From Seison nebaliae (lineage: Eukaryota), in contig JALJEE010000699.1 in assembly GCA_023231475.1 (NCBI GenBank), positions 59,689 to 79,688 of the forward strand: a stretch of DNA of 20,000 nucleotides, read 5' to 3'. Positions 1-9,800 of the stretch are shown in pieces; position 1 is the first letter of the stretch, and the number at the start of each line of letters is the position of its first letter. The position numbers and the translations under genes were made by a program. The notes under the pieces were generated by a model that saw only the letters and a program-made list of their open reading frames with translations, was not told the DNA's origin and did not search any database.

Positions 1-1
1 G

Positions 2-609
2 GATGAAAAGATGACGGAAAAGAAAAAAGAGAATCGATTAGATTACACATGGACCAATTGGTCCAAATTAAAGAGGGAGAAGAGTTTAATGAATAAGAAA
101 TGTAGTTTACATAGTTGTTCATCCGTCGGATTGTCATCCTATCGACCAATGCGAAGTATATTAACAAATCCTCGGTATTTGTTAGATATTTATATGAGAC
201 TTTCTCACATAAAACTAATTAATTCTCTTACAGTTACAAATGTGATGGGCAATGTGCGGCGTTGATGCGCTGCCCTAACAACTTAGTTTTCGACGACGAT
301 TTACAACGATGCGAATGGTTTCTCTTTACTAAACGAGGAGCAACATTGAGACGGAAGATATTGAAGGCAAATGGACGAATGGCATTCCATTTCTTTAATG
401 AAACGAAAAAGGAAAGAAGTGAACGGGATGTCGAATCGATAGACGAATTCAAATCGATTCTCAACAAATATACGACATTCGATGGATTTCTTACGTCGAA
501 GAATGAATGTAAATGTCGAATTGAAGATTTAACTTCAGTAACCAAATCGTTATATTTATCCACCGTTGCTATGGATCATATCGTTGGCAACAGCTCAATC
601 TCAAAATAG
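2..609 (+). CDS. Chitin-binding type-2 (peritrophin-A/CBM14-like) domain protein, probably 5'-truncated; exons <2-180 and 234-609
   Basis: Joining ORF 11..265 to ORF 262..609 across a 53-nt intron 181-233 (GTTAGA...CTAAT...TACAG) gives CSSVG...NPRYFYKCDGQCAALMRCPNNLVFDDDLQRCEW, matching the YxC-x9-CP-xxL-xFD-x5-CxW pattern of CBM14. The frame is open back to position 2. An alternative in-frame donor exists at 175 (GTATTT). AATAAA at 698-703. Confidence 0.65.
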
Positions 610-791
610 ATTAAACGGGAAACAGTTTTTGTAAATTCTTTCCAATTCTTCTTGTACCGTATTTATTTCTCATTCTGTGTTGTTTCTTCTTTTAATCAAT
701 AAATATTATTATGAAATGATAAAATGAGAAAAAGAATCAAAAAAAGAAATATCAATTTTTCCCCACAACATTTTTCCGTTTGCTCAGGACG

Positions 792-3060
792 TTATGGTGG
801 AAGATCTTTGACAAACGGAAGTATGGATTGTGTAAAGAATGGTGATGGTGTTGGATCAGTGAATGGTGGTAACATTACATATTCGGTAGTTGGTTGACAT
901 TCATTTGTATTCGCCAACTTTTTTGTAGGGGAAACAAATGAGGATTGATGATTATCATTTCGATGTCGCTTCTTTGGAGAAAGGAATTCATCAATATAAT
1001 TATTCGGATTCATCTCTTGTAAATTCTCATTATTATTTAAAGTTGGTGTTGTTATTACTGTTGTTGTTGTTGAAGAAGAAGAGGATGATGATGATGATGA
1101 TGATAAGGAAGATGAAGTTGTATTAAGAATTAATTGTGGAAGGAAATTGGCTGGAGAAAGAAAGAGATGTGGATAGAATGAAGCTAAAGCAGCAACAGCA
1201 TTATCATTATTAATGGTATTCTCCATTTTATTGTGAAGAAGTTTATTCTCATCTTTCTTTATCATCAAATCACCATTAAACGACGATTTTTGTAATGACG
1301 ATGAACAATCAGAAAATAATGGAACATGTTGTTGTTGTTGTTGTTGTTGTTGGTTTGGTGTTGAAAATTGGAAATTATTTTGAGAACAGAATTGATTCGA
1401 CATCAAATTGAACATGGCTGTTTGATTATTTAATAATTGTTGATTATTATTTGTCTGATCAATTTCACGTTGATGTGGAAATGAGAAGGAATTGCGATGG
1501 CAATTCATTGGAAAGTTGGGAGGTGAAGATGCGATAGTTGATGATGTCACTGATGGAATAATCGAGGGCGAATTGGCGAGAAGAAGATCAGATGAGACAA
1601 ATGATTCCGAATTTTGTTTGTTAATTTGATCAATTTTCAACTTCGAATTCGTTTGATCCGACTGTAGTTGATGTAAGAGCTGATTGGAATTATTATTCGT
1701 AGCATTACTATTATTCATATTCATTGCCGCATGGGCCGCCGATATCTGATGAATCATTTCTACGACACTTGAAAATGAAGAAAATTTATTTGAATTAAAA
1801 CGTAAAATAATTCTTTCGACGAAGATAGTAACCTGTCTTCCGAATCACATTCGCGGAAACCTTTAGCAAATGGATTACTTGCAATCTTTAATTGAGTAAT
1901 CTTCATTTGAGAAATTAGAAGAAAAGATTTTCAAACAAATTAAATGAAACTCGATGATTCTGATATGCAGTCACTGCGACAAATTTAGTTTCTTTAAAAA
2001 CAAACGTATTATAATGTTGATAATCTGAATCGTTCATATTATCATTATTATTATTATTATGATTATTATTATTATTATTGTTGTTGTTGTTATTGTTATT
2101 ATTTAGAGAAGGAGAAGATGAAGAATTAAATGACGAATCCAAATCATTATTTCGACCAAGAACACTTGATAATAAGAGATTACTAAAATATTGTGATGTA
2201 GTAGTTGTTGTAGTGGTTGTGGATGTTGTTGACGATTGTGGATGTTGTGTGGAATTATTTAAAGGAATTTCATTTATTGGATTGATATAAACAATATGAA
2301 ATCTCGGTTGATATTTGTGCATCGAATTGAGAATAATCTTTAGAAGAAAAGTGGAAATAGAAAAAAAAGAATAATGTAATTCCAACATGTCCGTTATCAT
2401 CCAAAATATTGTTTGTTAATTTCAATTTATCAAATGAAACGATATTCTTCATCCATTGGCCACCTTTCTGTGGAGAATCGGGATGAACATGAACACGACT
2501 CGGTAATTGTGGATCGGCTTTACCCGCCACCATCCAATTCGAACTAGAAATAATTTAATAATTTTTCAAAAATATTCTACTAACTTATAGAATGCGTAGC
2601 GATAACGCTTATCATCGATTGGTTGGAAATCCATTATAAGAACATAATCACTAAATGGATCCAATCCTCCAATCTTCAATTGAAATGTGGGGAACATCCG
2701 TCTTTAATTTATTTTATTAGAAAATTTTGATTAAGAATTGAGGAGGAACCTTCCAGCTTTTGTCACAATCATTTCCGTTCCCAAATTGTCGAACTCTTGC
2801 CAAAGTGCTCGACATTCGAGATGTACCTTTGCTTGACGTAAAGCTGGATGCATTAATTTGGCATCACTCGGATTCTCTAAAGCTCGTCCGATAGCCACCG
2901 TGTCATTCTTGTCAGTTCGACGACGTTGCAAATGGTGATGGTTTGAAGAATTCTGTTTCAGAGTATTTGATTTGTTCTTACTCATTTTATTCGGACGTTC
3001 TTTCGGTAATTTCTTTCTCTCATTACTCTGTTTTTCACATTCGTCTGACATCGATTTCAT
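792..3060 (-). CDS. TBX1: T-box transcription factor, TBX1/TBX10 (org-1) subfamily; exons 3060-2750, 2701-2585, 2543-2387, 2337-1951, 1900-1833, 1767-792 (671 aa)
   Basis: The spliced product contains [29 protein letters not shown]...[22 protein letters not shown]...[28 protein letters not shown]...[41 protein letters not shown] and LDDNGH are characteristic of TBX1/10. All five GT-AG introns keep the frame (total 2016 nt). The start ATG at 3060 is the first in-frame ATG; an upstream exon cannot be excluded. Confidence 0.93.
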
Positions 3061-3750
3061 AAATATTCCTTTCAAAATTATTAGTTATATGATATGAGTT
3101 TCAACGAGGAAGAATTTCTAAGAATGAGTGAAAGTCGTGAATGAATTTTATGAGAAACAATTGGAAGGAGATCAGTTAAGATCTTGATTGGTGATGGATT
3201 ATGAGAAGAGGATGAAGGAAAAGAAGATCTCTCACAATTCAAGAGATAAAGTCAGGAGAAACTTCATGTCTATTCAAAATTAATGACATAATTAATCATT
3301 TATACAAATTATTCTTAACGAATTTTTATCATCGACATGATAAGGTGGAATGAAGCATTTAGAGCATGTGCAAATACTCATTCATCATCCCTTCACCTTT
3401 ACCCAGTTTTACTTTTATCAAATCAGATTCAATATAAAATGTCTGAACGGTAAATTGAAATGAATGTGGAGAATATTGGATATTATCGTTTCAAGTCGTC
3501 CAAAAAACAGAAGAAGATGATAAATAAACTGTGCAAAATTCGGTTGGTTAAAATATGGATCGAAAGTGTAAACATCAAATCGATGGAGTTATAAGAAGAA
3601 TATTCTATTCGATTCCTTCTCAACTCCACTAGAATCATTGTTCATTAAACTTTGATTATTTACAATTCATATTCATTCAAGGAAAGAAAAATATGGGAAT
3701 TAGCATAAAATAAAAGATGCAATTAATCTGAATAGGTTAATTCCAGAGAT

Positions 3751-3798
3751 TATATATATATATATATGTGTATCTATCTATCTATCTATCTATCTATC
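3751..3798. repeat. Compound microsatellite (TA)8-TGTG-(TATC)7
   Basis: Directly visible: tatatatatatatata tgtg tatctatctatctatctatctatctatc. Confidence 0.95.
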
Positions 3799-4749
3799 GA
3801 AACAATTAAAGACAGAAACGAAGATAGAGTCCATTCCTTTCAAAGATATCGATTCTCTAAAAGCAAATGATTTGCCGATTGATTTGTTTATATGAGAAAA
3901 TTTTGGGATTCTTCTTTTTTTTCTTTTTTTTACCGCTGCACACACCACTCTCTAATTGCTTTCTCTAACTGATAAGTGTTTATTTATCACCGACAAATTC
4001 TTATCATTTCAGACGTCCATCACAATTAAACGAATGAACTGAAACTTTCATTTCCAAGTTTGACAATCATTAAAATTCCGAATTCGACGTCGTTAACAAT
4101 TTACTCTTTTGACAATATCTCAATTCATTTTCAATCTTCTCTTAACATCTTCAGACGTTTAATCTTCAACGTAGATAAGTCGAATGTTCAATGATGATGA
4201 CGGAGAAGAAGATGATGACGGAAAAGAAGAAGACGAATAAGCAGAACAAAATTAACTGTAAATCGAAATATATTGAATTAATCTACCAATTCTCACATAC
4301 ACCGTTCAAGAAGTATCGTTGTCCATGAACGTCATATGCAGATAATGTGTTTGCCTTAACGTTAGAAAAAATTTAATTTATATCCTTCCGTTTACTCCGT
4401 ACGTAGAGTCGATGTCCAACGAAATTCTTTTTCAAAAATAACCAAACCATTTTCAGTGTTTAGTTCTTTCAATAATTTGAGTATGTAGAAATGAATGCTT
4501 CCAACCATCTTCCTTTTCACCGTCAACATATAGAAGTATAATGAGATTTATAGTTGAAGAAAATATTGAAGAAATAATTTATCAATTATTTTCCTTCTCC
4601 TTCTCCATATCTAAATCGTGTCTTGATTATTATTGATAATGCTCCTCTACTTTTCTGATAGGAGTTTAGTTGATGTATTCTTCGAAAAGTGAGTTCACTT
4701 GTCAACACCTTCAGATGCACATCTCTCCCCCCATTCGAAGCGTTTGCAG

Positions 4750-4771
4750 TAGTCGAATGCACATTCGACTA
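4750..4771. repeat. Perfect 10-bp inverted repeat with 2-nt spacer
   Basis: TAGTCGAATG-CA-CATTCGACTA. Confidence 0.85.
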
Positions 4772-5603
4772 AATACCATCTTTCTTCTTTCCAGAAACTC
4801 CCTCCATTTTTTATTAAGAAATTCATTTATCTAATACAATTCACAATTACCAGGAGTCTTAATGGACAAATGCACGTTATTTTATTTATTGGGAGAGCAA
4901 GTTGTCTGATCGAAAGAAAAAAGGAAAAATACAAACCTTAAACTTCGAACATGTTAATTTGATCTTAATCTTTTACTAATAACTAATCAACATCCAACTA
5001 GTGGGAAATGTCGTTTCATTAAATTCTTATCCTGAAAACTGCACAAACTTCTCCTATAACAACAACAATCGACGTTTTGAACTTTATTCTTTTAACATCT
5101 TTTTCCATTGAAATTAAAAATCTCTCCAACATTAAATAATTATTTCGTTCAATTATTTCCTTATAATATTAATGAATTTCAATAATTTAATGAAACACTT
5201 ACAATTTTTAGAGAATAGATTCTATTCTAACATATATTGTTGACTATAAAACTCCCAAGTTTTATATGAGATTTCTCCTTAGAGAATAAGAGATTGTTAT
5301 TTATATTTAGAGTTAGTTATTTTTATTCATATATATATCTTCTTACGATGAGAGTTGGTTGTATAATGTTTAATTATTCAGTTTCTTTTAATGTTTTATA
5401 AAAACCATAAATTTGTTTTGAAAGCATGGTATTTGAGTGATGCACATACATAATCACATACACTCGTCATTCACAAAAACTTTCATACTTTTATGAAGAG
5501 TTATAATATCGAATTTTATTTGCAAACATATAAATTTTTATATGTGAGAAAGTCAATTTACAATTCGAATAAATTCATCTTTTAATTGAGAATGACGTCG
5601 GAA

Positions 5604-6566
5604 TTAGAAAGGAACATCTGATTTGGATGCATATTTCTCTGGAAGAACGGTCTTGTATATTTTCCTAATAGCTTTCACAATCAATTTAATCGTTCCTTCA
5701 GCTGAACCTGTGACATCACTCACTTCTTTCACTGTTCGACCCATGGTACTACCAACCAATTGTGTGGCGATATAAACACAAGCACTCGTCACCGAAATCG
5801 GATTTCTTCCAGCCAACACGCCAATTTTTGACACTTCTCCTTCAATAAAAAGTGCCAGTTCTTGTACTTCATTCGTAACTTCTAAACGATCACAGAATCG
5901 TTCAATGAAATTTTTGGCACAAGAGCCCTTCGTTGAGAGTTGTTTGCTAGACGTCTGTCCCACTTCATTCTGTAACAATTTCGTTATTTCACTGTACGCT
6001 CGTGTTATCTCTTTCTTCGGTACACCAGAAACGGCGGCGAATTCTTTGAAACTTCGAGGATTATTCTCCAATTTCAACACGACAGCTAAACATCCACAAG
6101 ACACCGGTTGTTGTGGTTTGCCTCTGATCGATTTCTTTTGGAAAACTTTCGCATATAATTTTTCTGCTTCAATCGCCACCATTTTCTTCACTCGCAACTT
6201 ATCCGAATAATCATTAATGAGACGTGTAGCTTGACTTATCGCACGTTGTTTCGCTGTCATCGTATTTTGATTCCGATATTTCAATTGTCCATTCTCATTA
6301 TAAGAATGACGACCACCCCCCGTTGATATACGAGTACTGAGATCCATTTCTCCAGTTATCAAATTTTCTGCAGCTCCCACACGACTCATATCTTTCGACT
6401 CTTTATCGTTACTGAAAGTGCGCCATTCTGATCCGACATCGACAACTCGATCACCAACAACCAATCCACAATCCCGGCAGATTAGATCACCTGCCCGATG
6501 ATCTTCGACAAGCTGGGAATCTGGATGATCCTTACATCGGATCTCTTCACTATGACTGTAAACCAT
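5604..6566 (-). CDS. GTF2B: Transcription initiation factor IIB (intronless CDS, 320 aa)
   Basis: Zn ribbon CKDH...CRDCGLVVGDRVVD, B-reader GSEWRTFSND...SRVG, and two cyclin-fold repeats (PRSFKE...KKEI; GRNPISV..ACVYIA...RTVKEV). Length is typical of TFIIB, not BRF. Confidence 0.95.
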   Translation of the reverse strand: MVYSHSEEIRCKDHPDSQLVEDHRAGDLICRDCGLVVGDRVVDVGSEWRTFSNDKESKDMSRVGAAENLITGEMDLSTRISTGGGRHSYNENGQLKYRNQNTMTAKQRAISQATRLINDYSDKLRVKKMVAIEAEKLYAKVFQKKSIRGKPQQPVSCGCLAVVLKLENNPRSFKEFAAVSGVPKKEITRAYSEITKLLQNEVGQTSSKQLSTKGSCAKNFIERFCDRLEVTNEVQELALFIEGEVSKIGVLAGRNPISVTSACVYIATQLVGSTMGRTVKEVSDVTGSAEGTIKLIVKAIRKIYKTVLPEKYASKSDVPF

Positions 6567-6730
6567 TGATAATACTGAAATGAAGCAATGAATATGAAAA
6601 CGAATCTTATGAATGAAAATTTTTTTATATAGTTTCCAAATTTGTTGAAAAGTTATAAAAATAATTTAATTTAAATTTTCGAATGAGTTTAAATCCGTTT
6701 GCAGCAAACCGATTTGTCATACAGTGAAAG

Positions 6731-6759
6731 ATGAGCTCTAACCCACGTATGAGCTCTAA
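6731..6759. repeat. 11-bp direct repeat ATGAGCTCTAA x2 upstream of TFIIB
   Basis: Copies at 6731-6741 and 6749-6759, each containing the palindrome GAGCTC. Confidence 0.8.
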
Positions 6760-8609
6760 TTTTAAGTTATGATTAAATTTGAAAAGGTGCCAAATTATTT
6801 TTTTCTTAGTTATCTAATTTTACACCTCATTTAGTCAACTCATATTTATTCAAACTTACCAGTTTTAATTAATATTATTTAACCTTTTTCTTCCTTTACC
6901 GGGTAAAGTTTACCCCATTGTTGGTTTGCCAAAAATTTATCTCGGCTATCAACAATATACCGTTTTTAAATCGTCGAGAACCAAAAAATTTGTCAAATGA
7001 AAGCTACTTAGAATTAGGAAGAAAGTAATCTATTTAATCACCAAATATTGCAGGGCAAGTATTTACCATTCCAGGAATAAGAAATATGATCCTGAAGCCG
7101 TTAAAATTCTTCTTAAGAACAATCAAATCGAATAAGAAGAATGTTCATACTCTCTAACTGTAAGAGGTGTTACAGCTTGCCGTTATTCTTGGATCACAAA
7201 GAATAATTATATTTAGTTCATTTAGTATTAATTTCCATTTTGTTTCATAACATTTTTTTTTGATTAATAAATTTTTTTCTTTTATTCTCTCAATATCCGT
7301 TGAACAGCAATCAATTAATCATTTATAAAATATTGTTCATTCTCTTATAAGATTATTAACTATTAAGAAACTATTAAGAACTTCTACTAACAATTTCTTG
7401 TAAGAACTTTCTTAGAAAACTAATTTAAATCAAAGATTTTTCTACACTCTACCACATAATAAACTACATTGAAATTCATATTTAGTTTTTTAAAATAAAA
7501 GTATAGTAATATATTAAAAAAAATAAATAGGATAAATAAAATTTTTTAATATTCAACAGAACGCCATGAAAGATGAAAATAAAATCTAATAAATGTTTAT
7601 TTGACAGTTTTATAAAACGACAACTTCATCCTATATCGTCACGAGAGAAACGTCCACAAACAGTCTTTTTTTCAGTTCCATCATTCGTATCATTCAATTT
7701 AACTTATAATTTTAATATGTCCAACTCACAAAATTTATGGTTTGATCTTTAGATGTTACGGATTATCGAACGTTACAGAATTGGAGATTAAATAAATTAT
7801 TTTCATAATTATTTAATTCATTCTTATCAATTCACTCAAGTCTCCAATAATATCTATATATCAGAAATGATTTTTCCTTTTTTATTATTATTCTTTTTTA
7901 TTTAGAACAACAAATCCCCGCGAGTAAATAAAGAAGAAAATAAGATAACTCACTAGGTTAATCATCGGAAATAAATGATTTGGCCTGATCTACTCTTGAA
8001 GGCAACAAATCAGGCACATGAGATAATATATTAAAATTAGATAATAGAGTTCGGAAATCATTTATGGAATAAGGAGTTCTTAATCCATAATAAAGACAAA
8101 AAAAAATTAACGGTGAAATAAATTTTTCACACTGAACGAAAGATGGTAGGGCGAGTTCAGAAATCGTAACAGAATCCAGTATTCTCAGGTAACATTCCCA
8201 CTAACAATAAGAGAAGTCGCAAAGGTTTCACGTAACACGAACACGTAAAATAAATGCTCTATTAAAAGGCTTGCCACATCCGAGTATCATACGTACTGTT
8301 CGGTTATATGTTCGATCGAGGGAAAGTTATTTAATCAATCTTTTTATAAGTAAATTATTCTAATATTGTTCATATTTCTCGTTAATAATTCATCTTACAA
8401 CTTTTCGATTATCAAACTGTTTCTTAAAAAAACTCACTATAGTCAATAAAATTGATTTGGAAAGAAAAGTAACTAAAAGTGGAAAAACTTTAAAGAAATT
8501 TGAAATAACGCTATATTATATAATAAAGCTAAAATGGTAAATTGATTTAGATGAATTATGAGATTGACGAATTATAATTAAAATTGATGGAACTCACTTT
8601 CTTACATGG

Positions 8610-8623
8610 ATTGTTATAGTAAC
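8610..8623 (+). promoter_or_regulatory. Candidate RFX X-box
   Basis: ATTGTT-AT-AGTAAC matches the RTHNYY-WT-RRNRAC X-box consensus and ends 23 nt before the ATG of a ciliary gene. Confidence 0.6.
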
Positions 8624-8646
8624 GATATTATTTTAGATAACAAATT

Positions 8647-9374
8647 ATGAATCGAGAAATTGGAAAATTGACTACTACGTATGAAGCTACTTACCAACCA
8701 CAATCTTTAATTCCAGGGTTAAGTGAAATTTATCATTTAAGATTAATCGAAATGATTTATAATGGAAAAAAAAGTAAAAAAAGATAGAAATTGTGAGTTG
8801 GAAAAATAATTGAAATTTCCATCTTTATTCCACAGATATACGGGACATATTCCAAACAGTAAATTTGGAGTGGCGAAGACGTTCGGTAATTATTCAATTA
8901 AATACTTCGAAGGGAAACGTTTCGATGAATTGGGTACTTCCAACGCTGTTTTCACTAAACGTTAAAATAAAATCAATTTATTGTCATCCAATTCTCTCTC
9001 CATTAGAATTCCTCCCAACACGCTACACGAGTCAACCTGATTTAGCATGGAATCGTCGTGATCATGATCGTCAACAACGATTACATGCCGTTACTTTTAT
9101 ACAACAACCGCGTGAGAAAGAAATAGAGAATGAATATTTGGTTCGTTTTAAGAAGAGAATTTATTCAAATATTTCTCTCTCATAGTTATCCCAAGCATAT
9201 CGTAACCAGTATAGACATGTAGATCGATTGGAGAAATTGGATTCGATACGATCGAACAATATCATTGAAAGTCAAATGAAAACGTTAAAATTCTCTAGTT
9301 CATCCATGTTTATTCATCAACTTTATTCTAGAGGTAATCGGACGGTCATTCAACCGAATTTATTGATCGAGTAA
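8647..9374 (+). CDS. CIMIP2C: Ciliary microtubule inner protein 2C-like (FAM166C/C2orf70); exons 8647-8717, 8836-8960, 9007-9140, 9186-9374 (optional in-frame 48-nt intron 9284-9331)
   Basis: Not recovered intact by the ORF track. The spliced product MNREIGKLTTTYEATYQPQSLIPGYTGHIPNSKFGVAKTFGNYSIKYFEG...FLPTRYTSQPDL...LSQAYRNQY parallels C2orf70 as recalled (AYVPPGLMPGYQGHVP...GAPYG...KYF...FPTIFSTNPNL...QQHRKYY). Three GT-AG introns (118, 46, 45 nt) keep the frame; 172 aa (156 if the fourth intron is spliced). Confidence 0.85.
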
Positions 9375-9800
9375 TTGACATTTAACTAATTCCAATAATT
9401 TTCCTTGAATTTCCATATTCTCTTCATTTTCTTTCAAGAACATTTCATTATCCGTCAAATGCAACTTCAATTGAGTAATCGTTGTCGGTCGCATATTGAT
9501 GAGTTGCCCAATTATTATATCGGTGATAAGTAGTTTATTTCCGTTCAGTTTCCGACATTCATCAATAAACTTCAAAATTTTCTCTTCCTTCAAATTCTCT
9601 TCACTGGAACGAAAATTATCCATCTTATTCTCCAAATATTGTTTCGTTTCGTAACGAATTGATGCATTATATTTATTCTTGATCGAATGGACATGATTGC
9701 TGAGCGACGTTTCAACTTGTTCATCTGCTATATCTCTCTTGAACTTCTGATAAACTTCGAAATTAGTAATGAAACGTTTCTTTGTTTTCAGAATTTTCAT
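9360..9800 (-). CDS. CRCP: RNA polymerase III subunit RPC9 / CGRP receptor component (Rpb4/C17 family), intronless, 146 aa
   Basis: MKI...FITNFEVY (cf. LSNYEV), IRYETKQYL (cf. ITYETLKYI), QLINMRPTT (cf. QLLNHRPVT); size about 146 aa. Confidence 0.8.
   Translation of the reverse strand: MKILKTKKRFITNFEVYQKFKRDIADEQVETSLSNHVHSIKNKYNASIRYETKQYLENKMDNFRSSEENLKEEKILKFIDECRKLNGNKLLITDIIIGQLINMRPTTITQLKLHLTDNEMFLKENEENMEIQGKLLELVKCQLLDQ

Noticed and set aside
234..563. 109-aa - strand ORF
   Set aside because: Antisense shadow of the chitin-binding gene exon; no motif
938..2290. + strand poly-Leu/Met/Val ORFs (938-1126, 2078-2290)
   Set aside because: Antisense readings of TBX1 trinucleotide repeats
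4702..4710. T-box half-site-like TCAACACCT upstream of TBX1 (autoregulation)
   Set aside because: Short motif; similar ones occur elsewhere in the window by chance
5212..5228. AGAATAGA-T-TCTATTCT palindrome
   Set aside because: 8-bp AT-rich arms are expected by chance at this composition
5905..6210. 101-aa + strand ORF
   Set aside because: Antisense to TFIIB
7060..7135. YDPEAVKILLKNNQIE, ankyrin-like fragment
   Set aside because: Too short, bounded by stops, no gene context
8130..8280. - strand DVASLLIEHLFYVF...EYW...SPYH, reminiscent of an LTR integrase core
   Set aside because: Stops in frame, catalytic SD motif absent and spacing wrong; cannot be supported without a profile search
8865..9185. 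106-aa ORF as a standalone gene
   Set aside because: Chimera of out-of-frame exon 2, introns and true exon 3 of CIMIP2C
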